A stretch of DNA of 63,789 nucleotides, counting the filler, from Octopus bimaculoides (taxonomy: Eukaryota), in NCBI RefSeq assembly GCF_001194135.2. It is 7 parts of 7 records of this genome, joined end to end, with 100 filler letters (N's around TTAATTAATTAA, not from the genome) between each part and the next. Parts side by side here need not be neighbours in the genome. Positions count along the whole stretch, not along the records: positions 47,061 to 62,202 come from NC_068981.1; positions 62,303 to 63,789 come from NC_068984.1; 5 more parts are not named here. One strand, written 5' to 3'. The notes under the pieces are model-generated. The model was given only the letters and a program-made list of their open reading frames with translations. It was not told where the DNA came from and searched no databases. A program made the translations under genes and the position numbers. This document shows, one piece after another, positions 50,695 to 63,680 of this stretch (positions within the stretch are counted from its first letter, which is position 1; every line of letters begins with the position of its first letter).

Positions 50695-50864
50695 GGCACA
50701 AGCGTGACTATGTCGTAAGAAACTTCCTTCCCAACCACATGGTTCCAGGTTCAAGGTTCAGTTTCACTGCGTAGTACCTTGGGCAAGTATCTTCTATGAG
50801 AGCCCCGGGGCGAAAAAAGCCTTGTAAGTGGATTTGGTAGACGGAAACAGCCAGAAGCCCGACA

Positions 50865-50944
<80 letters not shown>

Positions 50945-51130
50945 GTGTGCGGGTTTGTCCCCCACTCCACCACTTGACAACCGGTGATAACATTTCTACG
51001 TCCCCGTTCGGCAAAAGAGACCGATAAAATAAATAGTAAGTTTTACGAAATAAATACTGGGCTCGATACACTCAGCTATTTCACTAAAAACTCTGCAAGC
51101 TGGTGCTCCAGCATCGCCGCAGTCTGATAA
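50695..51130 (+). mobile_element. SINE family A with internal TC/TA tract
   Basis: GGCACAAGCGTGACTATGTCGTAAG head...GGATTTGGTAGACGGAAAC...GGTGCTCCAGCATCGCCGCAGTC tail. Confidence 0.8.
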
Positions 51131-51799
51131 CATGACTATACATATTTATATGATTATATATATATATATGAATGATTATACTTATGTCCACAAATATATA
51201 AGATATATATATATATATATATGCATATATATGTGTATTTGTGTATCTATATACATGAATGTGCATTATTACATGTAAATGCACGTGTGTATGTATATAC
51301 ATATATGTATGTGTATGTACAAGTATAGATGTATGTGAATATGTGTAACATGTGCAATTATATGTACAGCTCCATGACACAGTTGCGAGACAGCGCCACG
51401 TCTCTCAAATTTTATACTTTTGAAAATCTTAAACCTACGAAACCGGTTAAGTTTAATCATATAAATAAACTTTCATATACATTGTTAACTTTATTTTCTT
51501 TATACTAGTATACACACACGCACCTGCACACAAACATACAGAAACACACACAAACATAATATTTTGGGGTTTGACGGGCTCATCTTTTAAAGTTCTTGTA
51601 AATCGTTCCCAAAAGCCCGAGACATTTTCTTGGTACGTTCGTAGGTGTCATGAAAAGAAAATTGGATCTCCTGCTCCCATCAATCACCAAATTCCGCATA
51701 TCAGAGGAGGCTTCAAATCGTGAAGGTGTATGAAAGCCAACATACACAAGTATGATAGCAACTCTCGAGCTGAAACTAGTTAAAGAGTCTAAAACACCT

Positions 51800-51834
<35 letters not shown>

Positions 51835-54764
51835 NNNNNNNNNNNNNNNNNNNNNNNNNNNNNNNNNNNNNNNNNNNNNNNNNNNNNNNNNNNNNNNNNN
51901 NNNNNNNNNNNNNNNNNNNNNNNNNNNNNNNNNNNNNNNNNNNNNNNNNNNNNNNNNNNNNNNNNNNNNNNNNNNNNNNNNNNNNNNNNNNNNNNNNNNN
52001 NNNNNNNNNNNNNNNNNNNNNNNNNNNNNNNNNNNNNNNNNNNNNNNNNNNNNNNNNNNNNNNNNNNNNNNNNNNNNNNNNNNNNNNNNNNNNNNNNNNN
52101 NNNNNNNNNNNNNNNNNNNNNNNNNNNNNNNNNNNNNNNNNNNNNNNNNNNNNNNNNNNNNNNNNNNNNNNNNNNNNNNNNNNNNNNNNNNNNNNNNNNN
52201 NNNNNNNNNNNNNNNNNNNNNNNNNNNNNNNNNNNNNNNNNNNNNNNNNNNNNNNNNNNNNNNNNNNNNNNNNNNNNNNNNNNNNNNNNNNNNNNNNNNN
52301 NNNNNNNNNNNNNNNNNNNNNNNTTGAATGTTGTTTTCACTGTCCATTTTTTCCTGTCTTGGTTTGTGTTTGCCACCTTGGAATCCTCTGTGTAGTGGGT
52401 TGATCCACTACTCAGGAAGATACTATTCTAGAGTACGTTCTGTCTTATCTTCGAAACGTCTAGATAGAATAGAGACAGCTGATGAAGGGATATTCCAAGT
52501 GGCTTTCCGTTTTCCTATATGTTCGTTCCGTTGTCTGTAGTTTATTGTTCTAACGTCCTGTACCCTGATATGCATGTATATACACATGTAGATGTAAGTA
52601 TGTACATATATGTGTGTATACATGTATATATATTCTTTGTATTATTATATATATATATATATATATACAATAAGGACAGTGAGAGGCAAGCAGTGCTACA
52701 AATGTACCTGTGTATACGTGTGTGAATGTTATGCTTTTGTATACATGCATTCCGCGCAGTTTACAGCACAAGAAGTAAACTAGAATTCTATTAAATATAT
52801 ATTTGCTTCCTCAGCAACTGGGAAAATTTCACCGTATCTGAACGAACACCCACATATCATTTTATAAACAGTGAGTACTCCCCATGCGCAAAAGAGATAT
52901 TTGGATAACATAATCACGCAAACATTATACGTACACCCACTTGCATAAATGAGGATGCGTTTATACTGTAGTCACTTCAATCACCAGAAACGTTTGTCAA
53001 ACCCCCTTCAAATCAAAGCCTTACACTTTTAAAGAAAACAATGACAAATTCATAGACAGCACTGAAAGAAATAATACAAAATAAAAAAAGAAGAAAACAA
53101 GAATCTCATGACTATTTTCTTCGATCATACATGTCATCGATCTGAGTTGACCAGTGACTGAACAAAAGAAAAGAAAAATGCCTAAATCCACGTCACATCC
53201 ATGTTCATATTCTTTATTATACTATATGCTTTATCACTTAAGATAATTGGATTTATTACTCGTTCAATTTGTGTTCATCGTTATAAAGCATAATAGCTGA
53301 GGGAAAATTATATAGGTATGCATAGCGTCTGTATACAGTGTGCTATATATAGTAATTGATATAGATATTTGCGTGATGATGAATAAGAATTTATTCTAAT
53401 AACCTTTAATATTATTATAGATCCTCAACTTGGTTTGGGAGGGTTATATACCATTGGAATCAACAAAATACATGTCTCGTCTTTGTCTTACTGAGTCTGG
53501 AATATTAATAAAATTAATCGCCAAAAGATTTGAAATCGCTGAAAGGGACAAAATGAAATACTAAACTATCCATAGAATTTTAGTAAAGAAAGAAATACGC
53601 TAATATATCTCAGACATTTTACTTGAGATGAAGTAACAAAATCCTCTTTGTTTGTTTTGTACAAAGTTACCTATTTTAACTGTCAACGCGTGTATGCAGA
53701 CGAAGTGGAAGCAATAGTGAACGGGTTAACTGAATCTGCTCTTTCATTTCGTCATGTCCTCAAAATCTAAGAGTTCTAACAGTCTTATATTCAAGTTTGG
53801 CGCTGTAACTCATTCTTCTCTTTATAACTTTATATTTATCCTTTAACTAATTCTCTATTGTAAAATGTCATTTCACACGTAAATAATGTCAATGAATCAC
53901 TTTATGGTGTTACAATATGAACTATGACTAAAGTATATTTACCATCACACAAACACACACACCCACACACAAACATTGACACATATACACACACAACACA
54001 CATACACGCACACACACACACAGACACACACACAGACACACACACACACACACACACACATACACAACACACACACAACACACACACGCACGCACACACA
54101 CAATACACACGCACACATATCTTGAATATATATCGCGCAAATCTTAACTCTTTCTACTCTTACCCTATCTCTGTCCACCTCTACCCTTACTCTATCTCTT
54201 TCTCCACTCTTACTCTCTCTTTCCGTCCTTGCTTGCCTCACTTGAACCTTTCAGTTCTCTCTCTGTTTCTGCTTCTTTTTCATGGTCTCTCTCTCTCTCT
54301 CTGTCCCCACTCTTTCCCTCTTATTCTACTTCTTTCTGTCTCTATTCTTACTCTATCCTTTTCTCCACTCTTACCCTCTCTTTACATCCTTGCTTGCCCC
54401 CTTTGTACCTTTCTCTTCTCTCCCTTTCACTCTGTTTCACCATTCCTTCTGCTTCTTCGTTTTCTCTATCTCTCTTCTCTTCTTTCTCTCTCTCTCTCTC
54501 TTCTCTTCTTTCTCTCTCTCTCTCTTCTCTTCTTTCTCTCTCTCAATACTTCCCCTTCCCTACCACGTGTCTGGTGTCCGGTGAAGGCGGTGTTGATCTG
54601 TTTCGCCTTACCTTTGACCAGACTGGCCATGCTGGTCTGGGCTCCTGCTATGTCCACTAGGACTTATTCCACTTCCCCTTTGCGTAACCCCATTAAGATC
54701 GTTCGATAGCTGCAAATAACTTTCTGTTGTATTTATGGTATACACTGAACCGCAAAAGTAACGC

Positions 54765-54922
54765 GATGGCTGTGTGGTAAGTAACTTGCTTACCAACCAC
54801 ATGGTTCCGGGTTCAGTCCCACTGCGTGGCACCTTGGGCCAGTGTCTTCTACTATAGCCTCGGGCCGACCAAAGACTTGTGAGTGGATTTGGTAGGCGGA
54901 AACTGAAAGAAGCCCGTCGTAG

Positions 54923-54962
<40 letters not shown>

Positions 54963-55175
54963 GGGGGGTTGTGTGTCTGTGTTTGTCCCCCCACCATCGC
55001 TTGACAATCGATGCTGGTGTGTTTACGTCCCCGTAACATAGCGGTTCGTCAAAAAGAGACCAATAGAATAAGTACAAGGCTTACAAAAGAATAAGTCCTG
55101 GGGTCGATTTTCTCGACTAAAGGTGGTGCTCCAACATGGCCGCAGTCAAATGACTGAAACAAGTAAAAGAGTAAA
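54765..55175 (+). mobile_element. SINE family A, well-preserved copy
   Basis: TGGCTGTGTGGTAAG (A box)...GGTTCAGTCCC (B-box-like)...GGCCGCAGTCAAATGACTGAAACAAGTAAAAGAGT. Confidence 0.92.
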
Positions 55176-55224
55176 TGAGTATGTCATTTTTATATAGTAA
55201 ATTCTGAAAATTCATTTCGGGGAT

Positions 55225-57170
55225 ATAAGAGTAAGTATTCCAAGACATGCTAGTTTATGGCTGAGACCCAAATTTCAGGTAACCTTTCGACTTTCCATGA
55301 AACGAGACACCAAACGCAGCTGCGTTGAATGTCGTGGGTGGATCGGCATGTCATTACCAAATTTGGTGTCTCACAGGTGCTCTGCGAACCAGTCAGCCAA
55401 GGGGCGTCTCGTTTGATCAATGTACAGAGGACAGGGAGAGCCGGAGATGCAGTAAATAACATTAGTTGAGGTACAAGTAAAGAAGTCGGTAATGTGATAG
55501 GGACGGTGATGGGTACCAGTGAGGATAGTGGTGTTGGAGAGGTAGGAGCAGGTGCGACAGTCTGAGCGGGAGCAAGGGAAGGAGCCAGGCTGGGAGGCAG
55601 GTGTAGAGACGGTCACGCAGGTTATGGGCTCGTTTGAAGGAGGGAAGGGGTAGGTTAGGGAAGATGTGCGAGGTGGAGAGGTAGGACTGTAGACGACGGA
55701 AAGCTCGGAGAATGGTGCGTTGGAGGGGTTGGGTGGAGGGGTGATAGGTAAGGGGAGACGGGTAAGGGTGGGGCGGCTGCGAGGAGAAAGAACAGAAGAA
55801 CGGTACACTGATCGTCCCCGGGTAAGGGCAGTGTGGATAATGGTGAGGTGATATCCACACAGGTTGAAGTGGTGAGCTATGAGTTGAGACTGAGTCTCAA
55901 AGTCATAGTCGCCATTGCAGAGCCTGCGTAGGCGGAGGAATTGGGAGTAGGGGATGGAGAGCTTGGTGCGGGTAGGGTGGGAGAAGAACTTAAGGTAGGA
56001 GTGTGAGTCAGTGTGTTTGTAGTGGGTGGAGATGGTGAGAGTGGAGTGGTGTATGCTGACAGAAGTGTGGAGAAATTCGACGGAAGAGTCAAAGATAGTG
56101 CAGGAGAATTCGAGGGCAGGATAGAAGCACGGGTCAGCACAGGTTTGGAACTCGATACTGGGCAGAGTGAGAGGGATGAAACGCAGACGCTTACTGAGGA
56201 GAGAGCGCACCGCTTCAGAGAGGAGGAGAAGCGGACGAATTGTAACAACAGACTGAAGCGGAAGGAGGGGAGTTAGGTCGGCAAAGGTGGTGGAGGCGGT
56301 AAAAGGCTAACAGGAGAGAGGAGGAAATTGTGCGTGGGAGGGTTGGAGTGAAGATGAGTGGGAGTGGGTCGGGATGGAGGGGGTGGTTGGTTGCTGTGGC
56401 ATCGGGTGGGACAGGTTGAAAGACTGAGTGGAGTTTATGTTGTTTAGTGCGAGCGAGAAAGTCGTGGAAAATGTAGTTTAAGTGGAGGATAAAGTGTAAA
56501 GTGGAATGTACAATTGATGGTGAGCAGCAGGAAAAAAAGTGGAATACGCGAAAGGGAGAAGTCGGTACTTGTGAGAGATTAGAACGAATGGTGGCACACA
56601 TAAGGCGGTAGGGAGCGGTGCGAAGTATGGGCAAGATGGCTGAGGCAGAATGGAAAGTAGAGTTGAAATGGAGCCGAAAACATTTGGGGATGAGATGGTG
56701 CTAAGGGTAGCGACCGAGAAAGGAAACGTGGCTACAGAAGCGTTTTTTAATTTTTTTTATTGTTGAAAGTCAGTAGGGATAGAATAGTAGAAGGTTGAAA
56801 GCAGCGGATAGGAAGCGTGATAAGGTGTTTTTTTAAGCGGTGGTGAACGTGGACAAGGAAGGATTTATAATTAGACAAGCTGGGAAAAAGAGGAAAGAGA
56901 AAAAGTTAAAATGGTGAGAGAATGGCAAGGATATTAACGTACAGAGTTTAAAAGATCAGAAAGTTCAAAAGTCATGGTAGATTAGAGCGATTTACATCAA
57001 CGAAAATAGCCAGTGAGATACGTGGAGTCCGAAAGAGTACGAAGATCCAGTGGTAATCCGGGTGGAGTGCTGCTGATCTGGATGAGGAGAGGCACTGAAA
57101 GTTCGAGAAGTAGTTAGGATGCAAGTCCAAGAGATTAGGAAGTTCACTTAGGCGGGATTAAACTGAGGTA
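55225..57170 (-). mobile_element. Penelope-like element (Neptune-like), RT core deleted, GIY-YIG degenerate
   Basis: ORF 55371-56210: RSLLSKRLRFIP...FYPALEFSCTI..SSVEFL...YKHTDSHSYL...KLSIPYSQFLRLRRLC...PCSRSDCRTC...FTCTSTNVIYCIS...LYIDQTRRPLADWFAEHL. Confidence 0.88.
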
Positions 57171-57194
57171 ACCACTTGTACGTATAATATACGA

Positions 57195-57330
57195 ACTGGC
57201 AGAAACATTAACACGCCGGGCGAAATGCTTAGCGGTATTTCGTCTGTCTTTACGTTCTGAGTTCAAATTCTGCCTGGGTCGACTGGCCCCCTCCCCCAAA
57301 ATTTCGGGCCTTGTGCTTTTGGCTAAAAAT
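57195..57330 (+). mobile_element. SINE family B, internally deleted
   Basis: CTGGCAGAAACATTAACACGCCGGGCGAAATGCTTAGCGG...GAGTTCAAATTC...GGGCCTTGTGC. Confidence 0.82.
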
Positions 57331-60300
57331 GAATATATAGTTCAAATTTACAGAAAAAAAAGACAAAGACAGGTGTAGGAACACCAAGCATGTGTTTTAG
57401 TTTAACGCCCAGGAAAAAATGGAAAAGTTTTTAAAGTTTCGAGCCTATGCTCTTCAAAAGAAAGGATTAAGAGGAACAAAAAATGGAGAGAGAATGAAAA
57501 AAAAAAAAAAAGAACAGAGAGAAAAAATGCAGGGATGGGGGAAATAAGAGGTTGAATGAAAGGTAACTCGAACAAACGAAGGTGCACAAGTGTGTGTGTG
57601 AGAGAGAATGGTGTGCGTGTGTGAGAATGGTGTGTGTGAGTGTGTATGTTTGGATAGGGGCCAGTGCATCTAACGTGTGTTTGTGTGTGTTGAGTGTGGT
57701 AGTTGATGTATGATTGTTGAGGGTCTGCATGTGACGAAATAGTGTGCATGTGTATAGTGTATGTTTGTGGGTAAAAGTTATCTTTGTCGATGCGTGTTCC
57801 GTATGTTTATGCGTATTGCGCGTGTGTGTATATATATATATATATATATACATATATATAAACCACTTACCACTCAGTGAGGTGTTACATATATTATCGG
57901 AACCGTTTCAGTTGGTAAAATTTCACTTTAGCTATATAAATCGTATTAGGTTGTGGGCTAGATATAATTGCTGGACCTGTGTTGCATTGTTAAATTGTTT
58001 TTGCACGATGAATAATGTGAAGTAAACCAAGAAGAATTATCAAAGACGGAAAAATTAATGAAAGCTGCCAACAGAAGAACACAAAAGCATACAAAAGGCA
58101 GTGAAGCAAGAATTATAGCAAGAATGAGAATGCCTGGACAAAAGGATTTCGCATGGCACCGGTAGGAAAAAAAACACTTTATAACGTAGTGCATGGATAT
58201 TCAAAATATAGAGGAGATTATGAGCATTCGATGACCCGGAAAAGCTAAGCTTAGCTGTAAAGAAATATATACCTACACAAAGAATTTTCATTTTTGTGCA
58301 ATAGGGAATATTTATAAAGAAAAACAATCCAGGCTCGATTCCGTAGGAACATATGATTTCATAAATACAGTGTTAGAAGCTAACATGATGTCGTTTTGAC
58401 AGACACGAGTTGAATTAGAAGTAGAACCACGAAATATCTGTCGGAAAATCAGGAGTAGACTATGATTAGTTATCTCTGACAAAATGTAAAACCATTTGCT
58501 TGCTTCTGGTGTTACAACATACTTCTTTTCTCTTATAAAGCGATGCGCTGTAAATTACTTTGGAAATAAAATTATCATCACCGAAATTGACAGTTAGGAA
58601 TTAAGTTGCAATGTGCAGGACTCCATCATCAATTTTGCATCATTTCTATATCTCAACAAATAAGGAAAATCATTATCATAAGTTGCAAAGAGTAATAGAA
58701 ACGGAAGAAAAAAAAATATTATCATAGTACATAAAGAATAATTGAAAACGTTGTAATGTTGATCAAAAATAATACATTATCAACGGTTTAAAGATGCGAA
58801 GGAATGGATTATGGATGCAATAATTGCATTTTATCCTGAGCATCTCAAAATATTTCAGTTTGTAGGCAAAGATGTGAAGTTTGACAGAACATCTTTTGGA
58901 CAACCAATTTTGCATTCAACCAAGCACTAATTATTGCTTCACTTAAATTAGTTTTAGGTTTTCTGTTATAATTTTGCATGTATATTCCTCGATGAAATAC
59001 TTTTGACTTTGGTTTATGTTGCACTTAAGCTGAGCTGAAATGAACAGAGCGGTGTGCTACAATCGGTCAAGTAAATGAAATTCCAAATCGCACAGCAAAA
59101 ATATCCGTGCAATACGATACTGATAATTTAGACAACTATACATGCACTCTTAATGACTAGAACGCATTTCATGTCATTACAGCAATCACACAGTTTTCCT
59201 TGAATATCAGTCACAGCCGATGATATAGCTCTAATTGGGAAGATCAACTGTTGAACATTTATTTCAAAATGACGAGAGCTGCAATTACCAACAGTTCAAA
59301 CATTACAATCTTATAAAGAATCTATTACTGCAAAGGTTTGTACAGAATACCTCGATCACTGAGTTGAGCTTCTCCTTATACAACAATAATTCAACTTGTA
59401 CACAAGGGCGACCATTTAAAAAAGTCATCTATTTTATACATGCCCATGTTTGCATGAAGTCTTGGTAACACGACATTTTTTTATTCTACGCTACCAATAG
59501 TCATTCACATGCAGAATGGAAATGGTTGCACTTTTGGCATTTGACTAAACGTAATAATTGAAAATAGTAACATTACGGAAATGTATACCATCTGCGAGGG
59601 AAATTGGTTCATTCATAAATTTGGGTTGTTTCCCGATTATGATAATTTCAAGGTGCATGTGGACTCATCATGTAATGGTTATATAAAGCTAGTAAATCCC
59701 TAATGGAAGATCTACTAGTATTTATATAAGGAAGTAATTCAGTAAACCATACATTTAATGGTAAAGCGATCTCAAGATCATTAAACACAATACAAACATT
59801 TGGTCCATCAATACCAACATTAGACTTGTTTTGGAATTGCTTTCTCCTGTTTTAAGATCATATAATTCATTTGTACTAATAAATTATCATCTCAATATGT
59901 TTTAAACATACCATAACCTGTTCAAAGATCTTTTTAACCCATTATTATTTTTCGCATACGCTTTTATAAGTCCCGAAAACATGGTACTTGTCCAATTGAT
60001 AGACTTGTCTGCTTGTTCAATTGATGTTCCTGTTTACTAGTCAAATTGATGTTTCTGTCTTATTGTAAGGTAATCACGTGCGCTTCGCATTTTCGCAGCA
60101 AAATACAGGTTTATAATGCAACTATAAATATCATCAGACAGATCCAATCTATTTGAAATATGCACTTTCGATAATTTATCCTATCAAATGCCATACAGTT
60201 ACTTCCTGTATTTAACTTCAGTATTGCATGAAGTGAGAACATAATCCAATTTTTTTAAATATCTATCTAAATATCTCCTGTACGTTGCTCTTCTGACAGA

Positions 60301-62161
60301 TTTACTTAGAACTTCCTTTGCAAATCTCAGAACAGCTTCACTTTAATTTCTTTGGCTACGATGATATTGTTACTATTACAGTAATACTTTAGGAATAAGT
60401 TGAAACACACGGCATACACTTCATGCTTTAAATTTCCGGCGGGTCTTGTCTTGTGAATGGCATTTTTATTTAGCATCGGACTCATTTCTCAATACCATCC
60501 AGTTTGATACATTTATATTTCCAATGGAAGATCTGCTTCTAAAACGCAATAACAAATACTCGACAGAAGCCGAGTCTTGGCTTGGCTTTTGTAACTCACA
60601 ATCAAATCTTTCCCTGATGAATGTCTCTACCAATATTTTTAGCTCCGTATCAAATTACCGCTTCTGAGAGTAAGCTCTGCTGTAACGTAACAAAACACCT
60701 TTTTTTTCACATTTTTGCTTGGCATATCACATCCAGGTTAAACTACTTTTTCACTTCGTAATTTTATTCTCTTGAGTGAATCTATATCTTCTTGAGAAGG
60801 AGCTTTTGTAGTTTTCCTCTCCTGTCATCTCTCTGCTGATTTTGATTGATTTCAACTGAAATACTTATTAATTTTCATTCACTTACTGTCGCCTGATGAT
60901 TGTTTCCCACTGACATTTTTTAACTCCTGCTGAGTCTGATAATTTTATTTTCGCGTTTCCTTTTTTACTATATCCATACATTATTCTATATTCTTTTTCA
61001 ATTTTTGTTAAAAATAAAGCTTTATATTTGTTTATATTTGACAAGTATCGCCAATCTTCCGGAGATTAACATATTTTTCTGTTGCCAAATCTATGATTTT
61101 TTCCAATTGTTTTGCTTATGTTTACTTCTTTTGTATATTCTGTTTTATATATTCTCCCCGATATCGTTGATCATTGTCAACAGCAACTCTGTGGGTCTCT
61201 TACCAATACTATTTAAATATGACCTGTCTCAAAGCAAGTGTTTCTAAAACGATATAATATTCTCTTGAAATATTACATTTAAGAAGTCATTTCAGTTGTT
61301 TATAATCCGCACTCTCCCACTTCATAAAACACTTATCGTGGATAATGCAGTGATCACTGACATATGTAAAGTAACAACTGCCAGACTCTGGTTTGGTACC
61401 ATGGGCAGTGTTGGCATATATCACCTGGAATGGTTTTATTTACTGTTATTTTTGCACTATTGACAACATTGTGAATACAGTTACAGTCTCTAACCCTCCT
61501 CTTACATTCAGTAAATATTTTTTGAGGTAAAGGTTACATCATTTAAATATAACAGTGGATGGAGTTAGTCACAGTAGATTTTCACTTTGTTCATCAAGCC
61601 AAAATACAGGTCTTTGTTATTTTACAATTATCTCAGTTAATGTTGAATTGAAAACTCCATGAAAAATGCGCAAAAAATGTTCATTTCTTCTGCAAATACG
61701 TCTACCAAGTATCTCTTAAGATTGTTCGATGTTGCTTTACTTTGATTTTTTTCTTTCCAGTTGGTGTAGTTGAAACACTCTTGTAATCCGTCTCCATGCT
61801 GCATATTCAGTCCATATACGTATACATCCATAGATATGTATTATACACACGTACTGACACATACGCACGTACGCACGCACACTCACACACACAGAGAGAC
61901 AGACAGACAGACAGACAGAAACACACACACACACACGTGTGTATGTATATTGCTTTCAGATAAGACTGCAGCGAACTTGTTAGAGTGCTAGATTGATAGT
62001 TTCGCGTAATTCCCGAATCTCTTCGCACTGACTTCACATTTCACCGAGACAACGCTTTCATGTTTTACGTCTCCATGAATATATGAAAATCCAAGGCGAT
62101 GAATTTGTGGGTCTCTTAAGGGATCGACAAAATATATTGCAGGATTTGTATCAGTTAATGG

Positions 62162-62202
<41 letters not shown>

Positions 62203-62302
62203 NNNNNNNNNNNNNNNNNNNNNNNNNNNNNNNNNNNNNNNNNNNNTTAATTAATTAANNNNNNNNNNNNNNNNNNNNNNNNNNNNNNNNNNNNNNNNNN
62301 NN
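62203..62302. other. Artificial scaffold spacer
   Basis: 44 N + TTAATTAATTAA (62247-62258) + 44 N. Confidence 0.92.
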
Positions 62303-62481
62303 CTATTTGTATATGCTCCACAAGGGAAAACAAGGAACATAGTTTACAATGAGGTGTTATAATCACAACAGCAAGAAAGTATGTACATGATCACGTTCTT
62401 TTACGAAACTTCATTGACTTTCATATATTTATATTGATATACATATATATACGTGTGTTTGGGTGCGTGTGTGTATATACA

Positions 62482-62572
62482 TCTCTATATATAAAGATGA
62501 TGCGTAGTCTAGACGGCGTTTTTAGATTTCATTATTCTCTTTAACCCGGGCAACGCCGGGTATTTCTGCTAG
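62482..62572 (+). mobile_element. 91-bp non-autonomous mini-Helitron
   Basis: A|TCTCTATATATAAAG...ACCCGG-GCAACG-CCGGGT (hairpin 62544-62561)-ATTTCTG-CTAG|T: TC start, subterminal GC hairpin, CTAG end, A|T insertion site. Confidence 0.72.
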
Positions 62573-62593
62573 TATATATATATATATATATGT

Positions 62594-62632
62594 AGGCGCA
62601 GGAGTGGCTGTGTTGTAAGAAGCTTGCATCCC
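62594..62632 (+). mobile_element. SINE family A head fragment
   Basis: GGCGCAGGAGTGGCTGTGTTGTAAGAAGCTTGC, truncated. Confidence 0.75.
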
Positions 62633-62642
62633 GCGCATGCGC
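62632..62642. promoter_or_regulatory. NRF1-like palindromic site
   Basis: GCGCATGCGCA versus the metazoan NRF1/Ewg consensus TGCGCATGCGCA, at the start of a CpG-retaining stretch. Confidence 0.45.
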
Positions 62643-62689
62643 AGTTAGTCGACTTCTTCTAGCTGAACCAGAGTGGACGTTGTCTTGTT

Positions 62690-62741
62690 ATGCTCCGTCC
62701 AATTACAAGGAAAAAGAACAAAAACAGAGACGGTCGTCGAG
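62690..62741 (+). CDS. Possible first coding exon (MLRPITRKKNKNRDGRR, phase 1) of an unidentified gene
   Basis: ATG about 50 nt after the NRF1 site; open for 17 codons to a good donor GAG|GTAGGT (62742-62747). No homology support. Confidence 0.25.
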
Positions 62742-63379
62742 GTAGGTGATTTTGTCTTATTTGAGCTGGGCGTAATTTGTTATATTGTAATTTTTTGTTA
62801 ATAAATTTTGCCCAGCTCTAGGACAATTTCGCCTGCTCTCGGCGGCTGCTGTTCTTGTGTATTGTGAATTCTTTGGATTCGTTTAAAAAAGAGGGACGTA
62901 TTCTCGCCCGAACGATTAGAACCTATTACAGTTGCTGTTGCAGTTACCGTTGGCCGTAGCCAATATTTTGTTTGGATCTATAGGATTTATTTTACCAATT
63001 ACCGGAAAAAAAGATTCACGACCAAAACCCTATCCACAGAGGCTCCGCTTACCAGTGTTTATGTTGTATAAATACATGTGCGGCAAAAACAATAATAAAC
63101 TTTAGGGGTATGTAAATTATGAGTAGATCGTTTCCAGAATTTTTTTAGAAATTATTTTGTTGAGAAAAGGCGTACAAAACGTAAAGATTCGTACCGGAAT
63201 TTGACTCATTTAATATCAGAATAAGTTTTTACAGAAAAAATAAGTGCTTAAATATAAGGAAGATGACTTTTATTGATGCTGGACGGTATAATGCCTTCTT
63301 TTTCCGTATAAATTTATTAAAACTATTAAATAATTAAGTACATTTTGAAGTTTGACTTTCATGCTGGTAATCACGGTCC

Positions 63380-63680
63380 GGGCCATATTTTACATTGCTT
63401 GGATTTTCTACCTATCGCAATGGAACACCGTTGACGTACATAGTGATAAGGATATTCCTGACTTAAGAAAATGTTATGATATGGATAAACTTCATTGTAT
63501 GGTTTTATTTTTGTCTGTTTATTACTAGGCACAGTTTTAAGTTTGTCGTACTGTTTACGCCAATTTCAAACATTGGCTTCATTAACATTAAAATGTCCCC
63601 CGGCACCTCTATTGCCACGTTCAAATGCATATTCAACATATTTGATTTCTCCTTCGCTGTAAACGATTCATAAGTTCTGC
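63380..63680 (-). mobile_element. pogo-type transposase N-terminal HTH remnant
   Basis: SFTAKEK (frameshift) KYVEYAFERGNRGAGGHFNVNEANV*NWRKQYDKL...KIWP resembles the Brinker/psq-type DNA-binding domain of pogo transposases. Confidence 0.55.

Noticed and set aside
57425-57462. Minus-strand TTGAAGAGCATAGGCTCGAAAC hammerhead-like motif
   Set aside because: C3 is altered and stem II pairs only by consuming G8/A9. Possibly a PLE end relic, but not supportable as a ribozyme.
61760-61820. Strong polypyrimidine/AG acceptor
   Set aside because: All three downstream frames stop within 10 codons; no support for a non-coding exon.
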